Source: Squalus acanthias (lineage: Eukaryota). Taken from it: a stretch of DNA of 60,000 nt. This document shows positions 24,426 to 36,900 of this stretch, one piece after another. Each line of letters opens with the position of its first letter. Position 1 is the first letter of the stretch. The notes beneath the pieces were generated by a model. It was not told the origin of the DNA and did no database searches. It saw nothing but the letters and a program-made list of their open reading frames with translations. Position numbers and translations under genes: made by a program. The stretch is taken from NCBI GenBank assembly GCA_030390025.1, contig CM059432.1, forward strand, positions 55,802,001 through 55,862,000, in the 5' to 3' direction.

Positions 24426-25599
24426 AACTACCTCACAAAGCGTTGACTCAATGCAGAAGTCTCTCTTTCTCTCTCTCCGAATCTCTCTCTCTCTCTCTCA
24501 GAACGAGTGGTGCAAAAATGTCAACCACAGAAAAAGACAGGAAGAGGCCCCCTTTAAATAGTGCCCCCCCCAGCCCCACAACGATTGATAGCGTTCCAGT
24601 CTTCCGGTCGTTGGATGCGCCAGGCGGTAAGGCAGGGGGCGCCACTCAATTTCCACTCCGGGGCGCCACAAGGGCGTTGCACCATGGAATGACGTCACAA
24701 TCTGCGCGCGCAGGTGGTCGCAGCGGTAAAGTTTAGCACCGCCGCACAATGTCTAGTTAAGTTCCCGAGCGGCGCAAACATCGCTGCGCCCGGGCGCTAG
24801 CGGCTTTGCGCCCCATTAGTGCCCTCTTAAGGCGCTAACGGGAGGCGCAACCAACTGAATTTTTCCCCCTTGGATGTTTTATGTGGCAATTTTTGTTTGT
24901 TTATCAAAATTTGTGTTTATTAAAGACTGTCTATTTAACATCCTCCTCTGATCTGTCTGCAGACCAATTTGTATCCTCAGCTATCCTCCCCAGCACTCAA
25001 TAATAGTGCACTAAAGGGCAAACCTTCTGCTTCTGCAGTCCAACCACATTCTGGGAGCACATATTAGGAAATTGTGCAACCCAGCCAATAACTTTAAGAA
25101 GAAAAGTGTATCCTTAAATGTTTTAGGGCTGGAATATAATGATAGGAAAGTGGTGGAAGGATACTTGAGAGTGCAAAAGATGCTGCAGGTGGGTCAGGAA
25201 GAAGGTTAATGTGCAGGAAAGGGGTAGGAGGATGGTGCCTGATTGTCTAAAAGAGGACAAAGTAAGTTTGGATCTCATTCTCCTGGGCCCTTCCTCCCTC
25301 ACAAGGCTGCTAGACTGAGTTCCCCTCTAATCATGCCAACACTGAAACTCACACCCAAGTCCTGCTGGATCCCATGACCGTCCTCCTCAGACTTCCCCCA
25401 ACTGCTTTGAGAACCTGGGTCCCCTTCTGAGTGCTCACAAAACTCTTAGGCTACATTCCCAGTACGTCTAGAACCTGAGAGCTCCCTCCTCATTTTTCCT
25501 AGATTCTAGGACCCATCTCCCAGTGATCCCAGATCCCTGGACCTACCCGCCAATGTTCCCAGAATCTCCTTCTCTAGTATTCCCGAAACTCCTATTTCA

Positions 25600-25975
25600 G
25601 GGCTCCCACAGCAACAGCTGGCAATGTATTACCTGTTGGAGTCAAGTAACAGCCCTCAACTTCTTTGCCTCTGGTTCTTTCCAGGCTGCAAAATGAGATA
25701 TCAGTAACATCGGTCATTCTGCAGTTCATGCATGCATCCAGGAGTTGATTGATGCCCTATTTGCTAAAGCAAACCAATTCATCACTTCCTCTGTGAAACA
25801 GCAGGATAGGGCACTGGGATTTACACACATTACAGGGTTTCTCCAAGTCCAGGGCATTATTGACCATGTTGCCATCAGGGTGCCTGCTCAGGAGCCAGCA
25901 GCCTTCATGAACCTAGCTCTTAATATTTAGCAGGTATTTGATCACCACCAGTTTATCTGGCAGCTGACAACTTCA
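25600..25975 (+). pseudogene. Degenerate Harbinger transposase fragment
   Basis: DALFAKANQFI...DRALGFTHITGFLQVQGIIDHVAIR parallels the transposase at 23196-24425. Confidence 0.75.
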
Positions 25976-26325
25976 TAGAAGCAGCAGAATAATAGTATAA
26001 ATAATAATAAAATACTAATTTTAGGAGCTTGGTTACATTGGATTCCTGCATGAATGTTGGTATGTAAATCACCGTAAAATGACGACTATCAAAATTTAAC
26101 ATTTATTAAGTGGCATTATGGACAGACTTTTTGATTACAGTGAATTAGTTAGTCTGAAAATTTGCGTCCTTCCAAAAACTGGCATGCACTAGTCCAGAAA
26201 TGGAACCAGCATTCTGTTGCAGGTTTCTTATCAAACACAACTTGCCAATGATACATTGCTCAGCTTTATTGCAGACAATGACTTTGATAGTTAAGGACAA
26301 CATTGAATATTTAGGCCAACCATTT

Positions 26326-29300
26326 AACATAAGAACATAAGAAATAGGAGCAGGAGTAGGCCATTTGGCCCCTCGAGCCTGCTCCGCCATTCAATAAGAT
26401 CATGGCTGATCTGTTCTTGGCCTCAACTCCACTTTCCTGCCCGCTTCCCATAACCCTTGACTCCCTGTTCATTCATAAATCTGTCTATCTCCACCTTCAA
26501 TATATTCAATGACCCAGCCTCCACGGCTCTCTGGGGTAGAGAATTCCAAAGATTCATGACCCTCTGAGAGAAGAAATTCCTCCTCATCTCCATTTTAAAT
26601 GGGTGACCCCTTATTCTGAAACGATGCCCCCTAGTTCTAGATTCCCCCACGAGGGGAAACATCCTCTTTGCATCTACCCTGTCAAGCCCCCTCAGAATCT
26701 TATAGGTTTCAAAAGATCACCTCTCATTCTTCTAAACTCCAATGAGTATAGGCCCAACCTGCGCAACCTTTCTTCATAAGACAACCCCTTCATCTCAGGA
26801 ATCAACCTAGTGAATCTTCTCTGAACTGCCTTCAATGAAAGTATATCCCTCCTTAAATAAGGAGACCAAAACTGTACGCAGTACTCCAGGTGTGGTTTCA
26901 CCAACGCCCTGTAAAGTTGTAACAGGACTTCCCTACTTTTATACTCCATCCCCCTTGCAATAAAGGCCAATATTCCATTTGCCTTCCTAATTACTTGCTG
27001 TACCTGCATGCTAACTTTTTGTATTTCATGTACAAGGACCCCCAGATCCCTCTGTACCGTAGCATTTTGTAGTGTCCATACATTTAAATAATAATTTGCT
27101 TTTTTATTATTCCTACCAAAGTGGATAACCTCACATTTTCCCACATTATACTCCATCTGCCAAATGTTTGCCCACTCACTTTACCTATCTATGTCCCTTT
27201 GCAGATTCTTTGTGTCCTCTTCACAACTTGCTTTCCCACCTACCCTTGTATCATCAGCAAATTTGGCTACATTACACTCGGTCCCTTCATCCAAGTCATT
27301 AATATAGATTGTAAACAGCTGAGGCCCCAGCACTGATCCCTGTGGCACCCCACTAGTTACAGTTTGCCAACCTGAAAATGACCCATTTATCCCAACTCTT
27401 TGTTTCCTGTTAGTTAGCCAATCCTCTATCCATGCTAATATATTACCCCCATCCCCATGAGCTCTTATCTTGTGCAGTAACCTTTTATGTGGCACCTTAT
27501 CGAATGCCTTCTGGAAATCCAAATACACTACATCTACTGGTTCCCCTTTATCCACCCTGCTCGTTACATCCTCAAAGAACTCTGGCAAATTTGTCAAACA
27601 TGATTTTCCTTTCATAAAACTATGCTGACTCTGCTTGACTGTATCATGATTTTCTAAATGTCCTGCTATTACTTCCTTAATAATGGACTCCAGCATTTTC
27701 CCAATGACAGATGTTAGGCTAACTGGTCTATAGTTTCCTGCTTTCTGTCTCCCTCCTTTCTTGAATAGGGGTGTTACATTTGCGGTTTTCCACTCCGCTG
27801 GGACCTCTCCAGAATCCAGGGAGTTTTGGTAGATTACAACCAATGCATCCACTATCTCTGCAGCCATTTCTTCTAAGCCCCTAGGATGCAGGCCATCAGG
27901 TCCAGGGGACTTGTCCTCCTTTAGTCCCATAAATTTGCCTAGTACTTTTTCTCTAGTGATAGTGATTGTTTTAAGTTCCCCCCTCCCTATAGCCCCTTGA
28001 TTATCTATTATTATTGGGATGCTTTTAGTGTCTTCGACCGTGAAGACCGATACAAAATATTTGTTCAAAGTCTTCGCCATTTCCCTGTTTCCCATTATTA
28101 ATTCCCCAGTCTCATCCTCTAAGGGACCAACATTTACTTTAGTTACTCTCTTCCCTTTTATATACCTTTAGAAGCTCTTACTGTCTGTTTTTATATTTCT
28201 TGCTAGTTTACTCTCATAATCTATCTTCTCTCTATTGTTTTTTTAGTTGTCCTTTACAGGTTTCTAAAAATTTCCCAATCCTCTGGCCTACCACTAATCT
28301 TTGTATCATAGTACGCCTTTGTTTTCAATTTGATACCATCCTTAATTTCCTTAGTTAGCCACGGATGGTTCATTCTTCTCTTAGAGTCTTTCTTTCTCAC
28401 TGGAATATATCTTTGCTGAGAGTTATGAAATATCTCCTTAAATGTCTGCCACTGCTTATCTACTGTCTTACCCCTTAATCTATTTTCCCAGTCCACTTTA
28501 GCCAACTCTGTCTTCATACCTTTGTAATTGCCTTTATTTAAGTTCAGGACACTAGTTTGAGACCCAAGTTTCTCATCCTCAAACTGAATTTGAAATTCCA
28601 ACATGCTATGATCACTCTTCCCTAGAGGATCCTTTACTATGAGATCATTAATTAATCCTATCTCATTAGTAATTACCAGATCTAAAGTAGCCTGCTCCCT
28701 GGTTGGTTCCACAACATATTGTTCTAAGAAACCATCCCGAATATACTCTTAAAACTTTTCATTAAGGCTACCTTTGCCAATTTGATTTGTCCAATCCATA
28801 TGAAGATTAAAATCGCCCATGATTATTGCAGTATCTTTCTTACAAGCCTCCATTATTTCTTGATTTATACTCTGTCCTACAGTGCAGCTACTGTTAGGGG
28901 GCCTATAGACTACTCCCACCAGTGACTTCTTTCCCTTATTATATCTTATCTCCAGCCAAACTGATTCTACATCTTGCTCTTCTGAGCCAATATCATTTCT
29001 CACTACTGCACTGATCTCATCCTTTATTAACAGAGCTACCCCACCTCCTTTTCCTTTCTGCCTATCCTTCTGAAATGTCATATACCCCATAATATTCAGT
29101 TCCCAGCCTTGGTCACCTTTCAACCACGTCTCTGTAATGGCTATCAGATCATACCCATTTATTTCTATTTGTGCCGTCAACTCATCTATCTTGTTACGAA
29201 TGCTGCGTGCATTCAGATAAAGAGCTTTTAATTTTGTTTTACCATTTTTCCCTACTCTGACTCTACTTTCTGATGCACTCTTATGTTTACACGCTCTGTC

Positions 29301-29545
29301 CCTTCCTGTCACACTTTGGTTATCATTACCTCTATCACTACCCTGCACTATTGCCTTCTCCTTTCTCTTTGACTTTTGAAATTTCCCCCCACATGAACCC
29401 TCCCCCCCACTATTTAGTTTAAAGCCCTATCTACAGCCCTAGTTATTCGATTCACCAGGACACTGGTCCCAGCATGGTTCAAGTGAAGCCCGTCCCAACT
29501 CCCCCTTTCCCGAGTACTGGTGCCAGTGCCCCATGAATCAAAATT
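26326..29545 (-). mobile_element. CR1 LINE, ORF2 with frameshifts plus the end of ORF1
   Basis: ORFs 28749-29348, 28254-28712, 27181-28095 and 26692-27156; 3' tail at 26326. Confidence 0.95.
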
Positions 29546-29599
29546 TTTGGGGGGGCTCAGTGGAAATGGACAAATCAAATGATGTAGCTGCTGAATATC

Positions 29600-31830
29600 A
29601 GCAGTAATCTCCTAGTTAGTCTTGGTTCTAGGTTTATCTTTGAAGTTTTCACTAAGATTCTGTCAATGTTTCAACGTAGATTCAACCACGTTCTGCTCAG
29701 TGGAAACAGCACACTGTTTCAAAGAATCACTTGTCAAAGGTGTGAAGAATTTCGCTGCGCAGCATGCTTTAACTGTTATTTGTGCTCATGAAATGCTTTG
29801 TAACCCTGTCTCAGAAACAATGCTTCTTTACTCTGTTATTCAGCACCTTTTTGATTCATCTCAGCTCTAATATCCAGGCCTGATTCCATTCTTAGAAGTC
29901 CAAAGGATCAGAAGAATTTCAGCCTAGCTCAAAAATCTGACATTGATGCTTGCAATTATACTGCTGAGTCACTTCAAGCTGTCCTGACCCAAGGAAAGGG
30001 TTATGATATGAATATGAAAGAAAAGAGAAGTTGGGATCCGATCAGGAGTTCAGAAATTAGTGTTATTCTGCTGACAAGCAAAATGACTGTGCTGTCCTTC
30101 ATCTGACCAACATTGTTGAGTAACTCATTCCTGTCCTAGTTAACTTGTATAATAATCAGAGAATCACTATAACTGCCTTCTTTGGAGATATTTTAAATCA
30201 GTCACTGATGCTGGAATTGTTGCTCGCAGGTACTCTTGTGGGAAGCTTGCTTCGATGTTTGCTTGATGCTTCTCCTATTGTTCAAAGGCATGCCAGAACA
30301 GATTTGGGTATTGCTTCAATTGGAACTTCGCAAAGGATAGAAAAATGCTTCACGAAGTTGCTGTCTGCAAGGATTTCTGCAACAGAAAAGCAATATAAAT
30401 CCAGCAATCTCATAGCAGTTGAGGCAATTTCAAGTATATCCAAGATCCTAGATCACCTGCAAGAGAATTCTGCAAATTCCATTCTTATCGATCTAGCGCT
30501 TGCAATTGAGCCTTTCTTTAAAATGAACGTGACAAAATGAGAGCTGCAGCATTTAATGTACTTGGGAAGCTAAACAGATTTGGAAATATGCAACAGAATC
30601 CTTTATTTCTGGAACATGTAATGTACTTTGATCAGCTTGCTTATTGCAGCTCAATGACAAGAGCCATGGTAGGGTTCCCCTTGTCCTCACCTTTCACCCC
30701 ACCAGCCTCCACATTCAATGGATCATCCTCCGCCATTTCCGCCACCTCCAACGTGATCCCACCACCAAACACATCTTCCCCTCCCCTCCCCTTCCAGCAT
30801 TCCGAAGGGACCGCTCCCTCCGCGACACCCGGGTCCGCTCCTCAATCACCCCCAACACCCCTTCCCCTTCCCACGGCACCTTCCCGTGCATGCGCAGGAG
30901 ATGCAACACCTGCCCTTTTACCTCCTCCCTTCCCACTGTCCAGAGCCCCAAACACTCCTTCCAGGTGAAACAGCGATTTACTTGTACTTCTTACAATTTA
31001 ATATACTGTATTTGCTGCTCACGATGCGGCCTTCTTTACATTGGGGAGACCAAACACAGATTGGGTGACCGCTTTGCAGAACACCTCCGTTCAGTCCGTA
31101 TGGGTGACCCTGAGCTTCCGGTCGCCTGTCACTTTAATTCTCCGCTCCACTCCCACTCTCACCTCTCTGTCCTCGGCCTCTTACACTGTTCCAATGAAGT
31201 TCAACATAAGCTCGAGGAACAGCACCTCATCTTTCGATTAGGTACTTTACAACCTTCTGGACTCAACATTGAGTTCAACAATTTCAGACCATAACCTCTG
31301 CTCCTATTTTTTCACATGGCAGCTGTTGATGATTCTGCCATTCCCATCTACACCACTTCTAGACTTATCTTTTGTTTCTTTACTAGTCCCATTACCATCT
31401 CCTTTTGCTTTCTACTATCATACCTTTTGTCATTTAATCACTCTTGCCTTCCACCCTATCACAGACCTTCCCTTTTGTTCTTTTCTCCCCGCCCCCCTTT
31501 CACTGCCCCTGCACTTGCTTAAAATTTGTCACATCTCTAACTTTTTCCAGTTCTGACGAAAGGTCATCGACCTTTAACAATAACTCTGTTTCTCTCTCCA
31601 CAGATGCTGCCTGACTTGCAGAGTATTTCCAGCATTTTCTATTTTTATTATGCAAATTGCTGCTGATTAGTCCAACAATGACATCAGAAAGTATATTTCA
31701 GATGTTTCAAGAGTTTTCATTGGAGGAGACTACAGTAGATTATGAGAAATATTTGAGCAACATTTCCAAGCTCATTAGCAAAGACTTGCTCAATAGGATC
31801 ATCTCCTACATTACAAGTTGTTTGCCTTGT
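29600..31830 (+). pseudogene. MROH-family (maestro HEAT-like repeat, MROH1-like) pseudogene, intronless here and split by Penelope
   Basis: LYNNQRITITAFFGDILN, LLDASPIV, IAVEAISSISKIL, LALAIEPFF, MRAAAFNVLGKL and, after Penelope, SESIFQMFQEF...YEKYLSNISKLI follow the order of MROH1 as I recall it. Stops and frameshifts present. Confidence 0.72.
30660..31650 (+). mobile_element. Penelope-like element, GIY-YIG endonuclease portion plus terminal repeat
   Basis: RVPLVLTFHP, CNTC, NLIYCICCSRCGLLYIGETK...RFAEH and GTLQPSGLN, followed by a repeat ending GATGCTGCCTGAC...TTTCCAGCATTTTC. Confidence 0.92.
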
Positions 31831-31954
31831 TCAGCAATGTGCCACACAACAACTTACATTTACATAGCATCTTTAACATATAAAAAAATCCCAAGGCGCT
31901 TAAAAAAGAGGTCACGTGAGACGACAAGGTTGAAGTGGTGGAACAGTTAATAAG

Positions 31955-32456
31955 GATGTGAAGACCTTAGAGAAGGTGCAGAAAAGATTTACGAGAATGA
32001 TTCCAGGAATGAGGGACTTCAGTTATGTTGATAGACTGAAGAAGCTGGGGTTGTTCTGCTTGGAGCAGAGAAGATTGAGAGATTTGATAGAGGTGTTCAA
32101 AATCATGAGCGGTCTAGACAGAGTAGATAGAGGGAAACTGTTCCCATTGGCAGAAGGGTCGAGAATCAGAGGACACAGATTTAAGGTGATTGGCAAAAGA
32201 ACCAAAGGTGATGTAAGAAAAAACTTTTTGACGCAGTGAGTGGTTAAGATCTGGAATGCACTGCCTGAAAGGGTGGTGGAGGCAGATTCAATCACAGCTT
32301 CCAAAAGGGAGTTGGATAAGTATCTGAAGGAAAGAAATTTGCAGGGCTACGGGGAAAGGGCGGGGGAGTGGGGCTAGCTTAAGTGCTCATGCAGAGAGCT
32401 GGCATGGGCTGGACGGGCCGAATGGCCTTCTTCCATGCTGTAACCATTCCATTCTA
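31955..32456 (+). mobile_element. CR1 3' fragment
   Basis: LEKVQKRFTRMIPG...RGHRFKV and a CR1 3' UTR. Confidence 0.88.
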
Positions 32457-32459
32457 TGG

Positions 32460-32940
32460 GTAGGAGAGTTTATGTGGAGGGAGAGGTTAAGGGAGGACAT
32501 GAGGCAGTGAACTCAGAGGAGAGAGGGCAAGGTGAGTTGAGATGGTGGTAGAAATCACCGAGAATGAGAATTCAGTCAGTGCAGAGGCTGAGGGAGGAAA
32601 GGAGTGGGGATTATCTCAGTGAGAAATTTGTGGTGGGGTTTGGGTGGATGGTAGAGAACAAGCATTTTAAAGGAGAGGCGAGAGGGGTGGAACAAGGTGC
32701 TGTGCTCAAAGGAGAAAGAGCCAGAGGAGTAGGGGGACAGACCAGGGTGAGATTTGGTGATAAGGGCTACACCACTACCACGGTTTGAGCGGGTCAGGTG
32801 ATGGGAGGCATAGCCAGGCGGGGAGGCTTCAGTAGGGAGAAAAGTGTTGTCACCCATAAGCCTAGTTTCTGTCAATCATCCACAATAAGGTCATGTATGA
32901 AAAGGGCCATGCTCGCAAGTGAACGGATATGCTGGAGGAG
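32460..32940 (-). mobile_element. L2-like LINE endonuclease fragment
   Basis: TETRL...PPGY...RGSGVALI...SFE...LYHPP endonuclease motifs. Confidence 0.6.
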
Positions 32941-33924
32941 GTTTTTTACATTTTTATTCATTCCTGGGATGTGGGCGTCGCTGGCAAGCCAGCATTTATT
33001 GCCCATCCCTAATTGCCCTTGAGAAGGTGGTGGTGAGCCGACTTCTTGAACCACTGCAGTCTGCATGGTGAAGATACTCCCATAGTGCTGTTAGGGAGGG
33101 ACTTCCAGGATTTTGATCCAGCGATATATTTCCAAGTCAGGATGGTGTGTGACTTGGAGGGGAACTTGGTGTTCCCTTGTGCCTGCTACCCTTGTCCTTC
33201 TAGGTGGTAGAGGTCGTGGATTGGGGAGGTGCCATTGAAGAAGCAATGCCGAGTTGTTGCAGTGCATCTTGTAGATGGTACACACTGCAACCACGGTGCG
33301 CCGGTGGTGGAGAGAGTGAATGTTTAAGGTGGTGGATGGGATGCCAATCAAGTGGGCTGCTTTGTCCTGGATGGTGTCGAGCTTCTTGAGTGTTGTTGGA
33401 GCTGCACTCATCCAGGCAAGTGGAGAGTATTCATCACACTCCTGACTTGTGCCTTGTAGATGGTGGAAAGGCTATAGGGAGTCAGAAGGTGAGACACTCA
33501 CCGCATAATACCCAGCCTCTGACCTGCTCTTGTAGCCACAGTATTTATGTGGCTGGTCTAGTTAAGTTTCTGGTCAATGGTGATCCCCAGGATGTTGATG
33601 TTGGGGGATTCAGCGATGGTAATGCTGTTGAGTGTCAAGGAGTGGTGGTTAGATGCTCTGTTGTTGGAGATAGTCATTGCCTGGCACTTGTGTGGCATGA
33701 ATGTTACTTGCCACTTATCAAGCCCGAATGTCGTCCAGGTCTTGTTGCATGCGGGAATGGACTGCTTCATTATATGAGGAGTTGTGAATGGAACTGAATA
33801 CTGTGCAACCATCAGCGAACATCCCTACTTCTGACCTTATGATGGAGGGAAGGTTATTGATGAAGCAGCTGAAGGACACTGCCCTGAGGAACTCTTGCAT
33901 CAATGTCCTGGGGCTGAGATGGTT

Positions 33925-36900
33925 AGAAACATAGAATCATAGAAAAATAGACGCAGGAGTAGGCCATTCGGCCCTTCGAGCCTGCTCCACCATTCAATAT
34001 GATCATGGCTGATCCTCTATCTCAATACCATATTCCCGCTCTCTCCCCATACCCCTTGATGCCATTTGTGTCTAGAAATCTATCTATCTCCTTCTATATT
34101 CAGTGACTTGGCCTCCACAGCCTTCTGTGGTAGAGAATTCCACAGGTTCACTACCCTCTGAGTGAGGAAATTTCTCCTCATCTCAGTCCTAAATGTCCTA
34201 CCCCATATCCTGAGACTGTGACCCCTCGTTCTAGACCCCCCAGCTATGGGAAACATCCTCCCTGCATCCAGTCTGTCTAGCCCTGTCAGAATTTTATACG
34301 TTTCAATGAGATCCCCTCTCATTCTTCTAAACTCTAGTGAATACAGGCCTAGTCGACTCAATCTCTCCTCATATGACAGTCCTGCCATCCCAGGAATCAG
34401 TCTGGTGAACCTTCGCTGCACTCCCTCTATGGCAAGTATATCTTTTCTTAGGTAAAGAGACCAAAACTGCACACAGTACTCCAGGTGTGGTCTCACCAAG
34501 GCCCTGTACAACTGTAGTAAGACATCCTTGCTCCTGAACTCAAATCCTCTTGCAATGAAGGCCAACATACCATTTGCCTTCCTAACTGCTTGCTGCACCT
34601 GCATGTTTGTTTTCAGTGACTGGTGTACAAGGACACCCAGGTCCCTTTGTACATCAGCATTTCTCAATCTATCACCATTTAAATAATACTCTACCTTTCT
34701 GTTTTTCCTACCGAAGTGGATAACTTCACATTTATCCACGTTAGACTGCATCTGCCATGTATTTGCCCACTCACTCAACTTGTCTAAATTGCCTTGAAGC
34801 CTCTTTGCATCCTCCTCACAACTCACAATCCCACCTAGTTTTGTGTTGTCAAGAAACTTGGAAATAATACATTTGGTTTCCTCATCCAAATCATTGATAT
34901 ATATTGTGAATAGCTGGGGCCCAAGCACTGATCCTTGTGGTACCCCACTAGCCACCGCCTGCCACCCTGAAAAAGATCCATTTATTCCTACTCTCTGTTT
35001 CCTGTCTGTTAACCAATTTTCAATCCATGCCAGTATATTACCTCCAATCCCATGTGCTTTAATTTTGCACACTAACCTCTTATGTGGGACTTTATCAAAG
35101 GCCTTCTGAAAATCCAAATACACCACATCCACTGGTTTTTCCTTATCTATTCTACCAGTTACATCCTCAAAAAACTCCAGTAGGTTTGTCAAACACGATT
35201 TACCTTTCATAAATCCATGTTGACTTTGTCTAATCCCGTTGATATTTTCTAAGTGTCCTGTTATCACATCCTTTATAATAGACTCTAGCATTTTCCCTAC
35301 TACTGATGTTAGGCTAACCGATCTGTAGTTCCCGATTTTCTCTCTCCCTCCTTTTTTAAATAGTGGGGTTACATTTGCCGCCCTCCAATCTGCCGGAACT
35401 GTTCCATAATCTATAGAATTTTGGAAGATGACAACCAATGCATCCACTATTTCCATGGCTACCTTTTTTAGTATTCTGGGATGCAGAATATCAGGCTCTG
35501 GGGATTTATCGGCTTTCGTCCCATTAATTTCTCCAGCACTATTTTTTTACTAATACTAATTTCCTTTAATTCCTCCTTCTCACAAGACCCTTGGTTCCCT
35601 CACATTTCTGGGAAGTTATTTGTGTCCTCTTCCGTAAAGACATAACCAAAGTATTTGTTTAATTGCTCTGCCATTTCCTTATTCCCCATTATAAATTCTC
35701 CCGTTTCTGACTGTAAGGGACCTACATTTGTCTTCACTAATCTTTTTCTTTTTACATACTTGTAGAAGCTTTTACAGTCCACTTTTATGTTCCTTGCAAG
35801 TTTACTCTCATACTCTATTTTTCCCCTCTTGACCAATCTCTTGGTCCTTTTTTGCTGAACTCTAAACTGCTCCCAATCCTCAGGCTTGCTACTTTTTCTG
35901 GCAACTTTATATGACTCCTCTTTGGATCTAATACTCTCCTTAATTTCTTTTGTTAGCCATGGTTGGGCCGCTTTTCCTTTTGTGTTTTTGCGCCAGAAAG
36001 GAATGTATAACTGATGCAATTCATGCATTTGTTCCTTAAATGTTAGCCATTGCCTATCCACCATCATGCCTTTTAATGAAGCTCCCCAATCTACCATAGC
36101 CAACTCACTCCTCATACTATCGTAGTTTCCTTTGTTTAGATTTAGGACCCTAGTTTCGGATTGGACTTCTTCACTTTCCATCTTAATGAAGAATTCTATC
36201 ATGTTATGGTCACTCTTCCCTAAAGGACCCCGCACAACAAGATTATTAATTAACCCCTTCTCATTGCACAATACCCAATCTAGGATAGCCTGTTCCCTAG
36301 TTGGCTCGTCAACGTGCTGGTCTAAAAAACCATCTCGTACACACTCCAGGAATTCATCCTCCACAGTATTATTGCTAATTTGGTTTGGCCAGTCTTAATG
36401 TAGATTAAAGTCTCCCATGATTACTGCAGTACCCTTGTTACATGCATCTTTAATTTCCTGTTTGATGCCATCCCCTACATTACCACTACTGTTTGGAGGC
36501 CTATAGACAACTCCCACCAATGTTTTCTGCCCCTTGGTGCTTCTTAGCTCCACCCAGACTGATTCTACATCTTGATTTTCTGAGTCAATATCCTTTCTCA
36601 CTATTGCTCTGATTTCACCCTTTACTCACAACGCCACCCCACCTCCTTTTCCTTTTTGCCTGCCCTTCCTAAATATCAAATATCCTTGGATATTCAGCTT
36701 CCAGCCTTGGTCACCCTGCAGCCATGTCTCCGTAATTGCAATTATATCGTATCTGTTTACATCTATTCGCGCTGTTAATTCGTCTACCTTATTACGAATG
36801 CTTCGTGCATTCAGATACAGTGCCTCTGGATTTGTCTTTTTAACATTTTTAGACATCTTAACATTTTTTTGTATTATGGCCCTATTTGTCTTATTACCAT

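Larger units (their letters stand above)
17949..24869. mobile_element. Structurally complete PIF/Harbinger transposon with two convergent genes and an internal CR1
   Basis: Perfect 12-bp TIRs GGGGGAAAAATT / AATTTTTCCCCC and TTG TSD (17946-17948, 24870-24872). Encloses Myb and DDE transposase genes. Confidence 0.95.

Noticed and set aside
30537..31294. MROH-Penelope fusion protein
   Set aside because: Simple insertion junction in a pseudogene that already has stops and frameshifts; no evidence of a maintained fusion.
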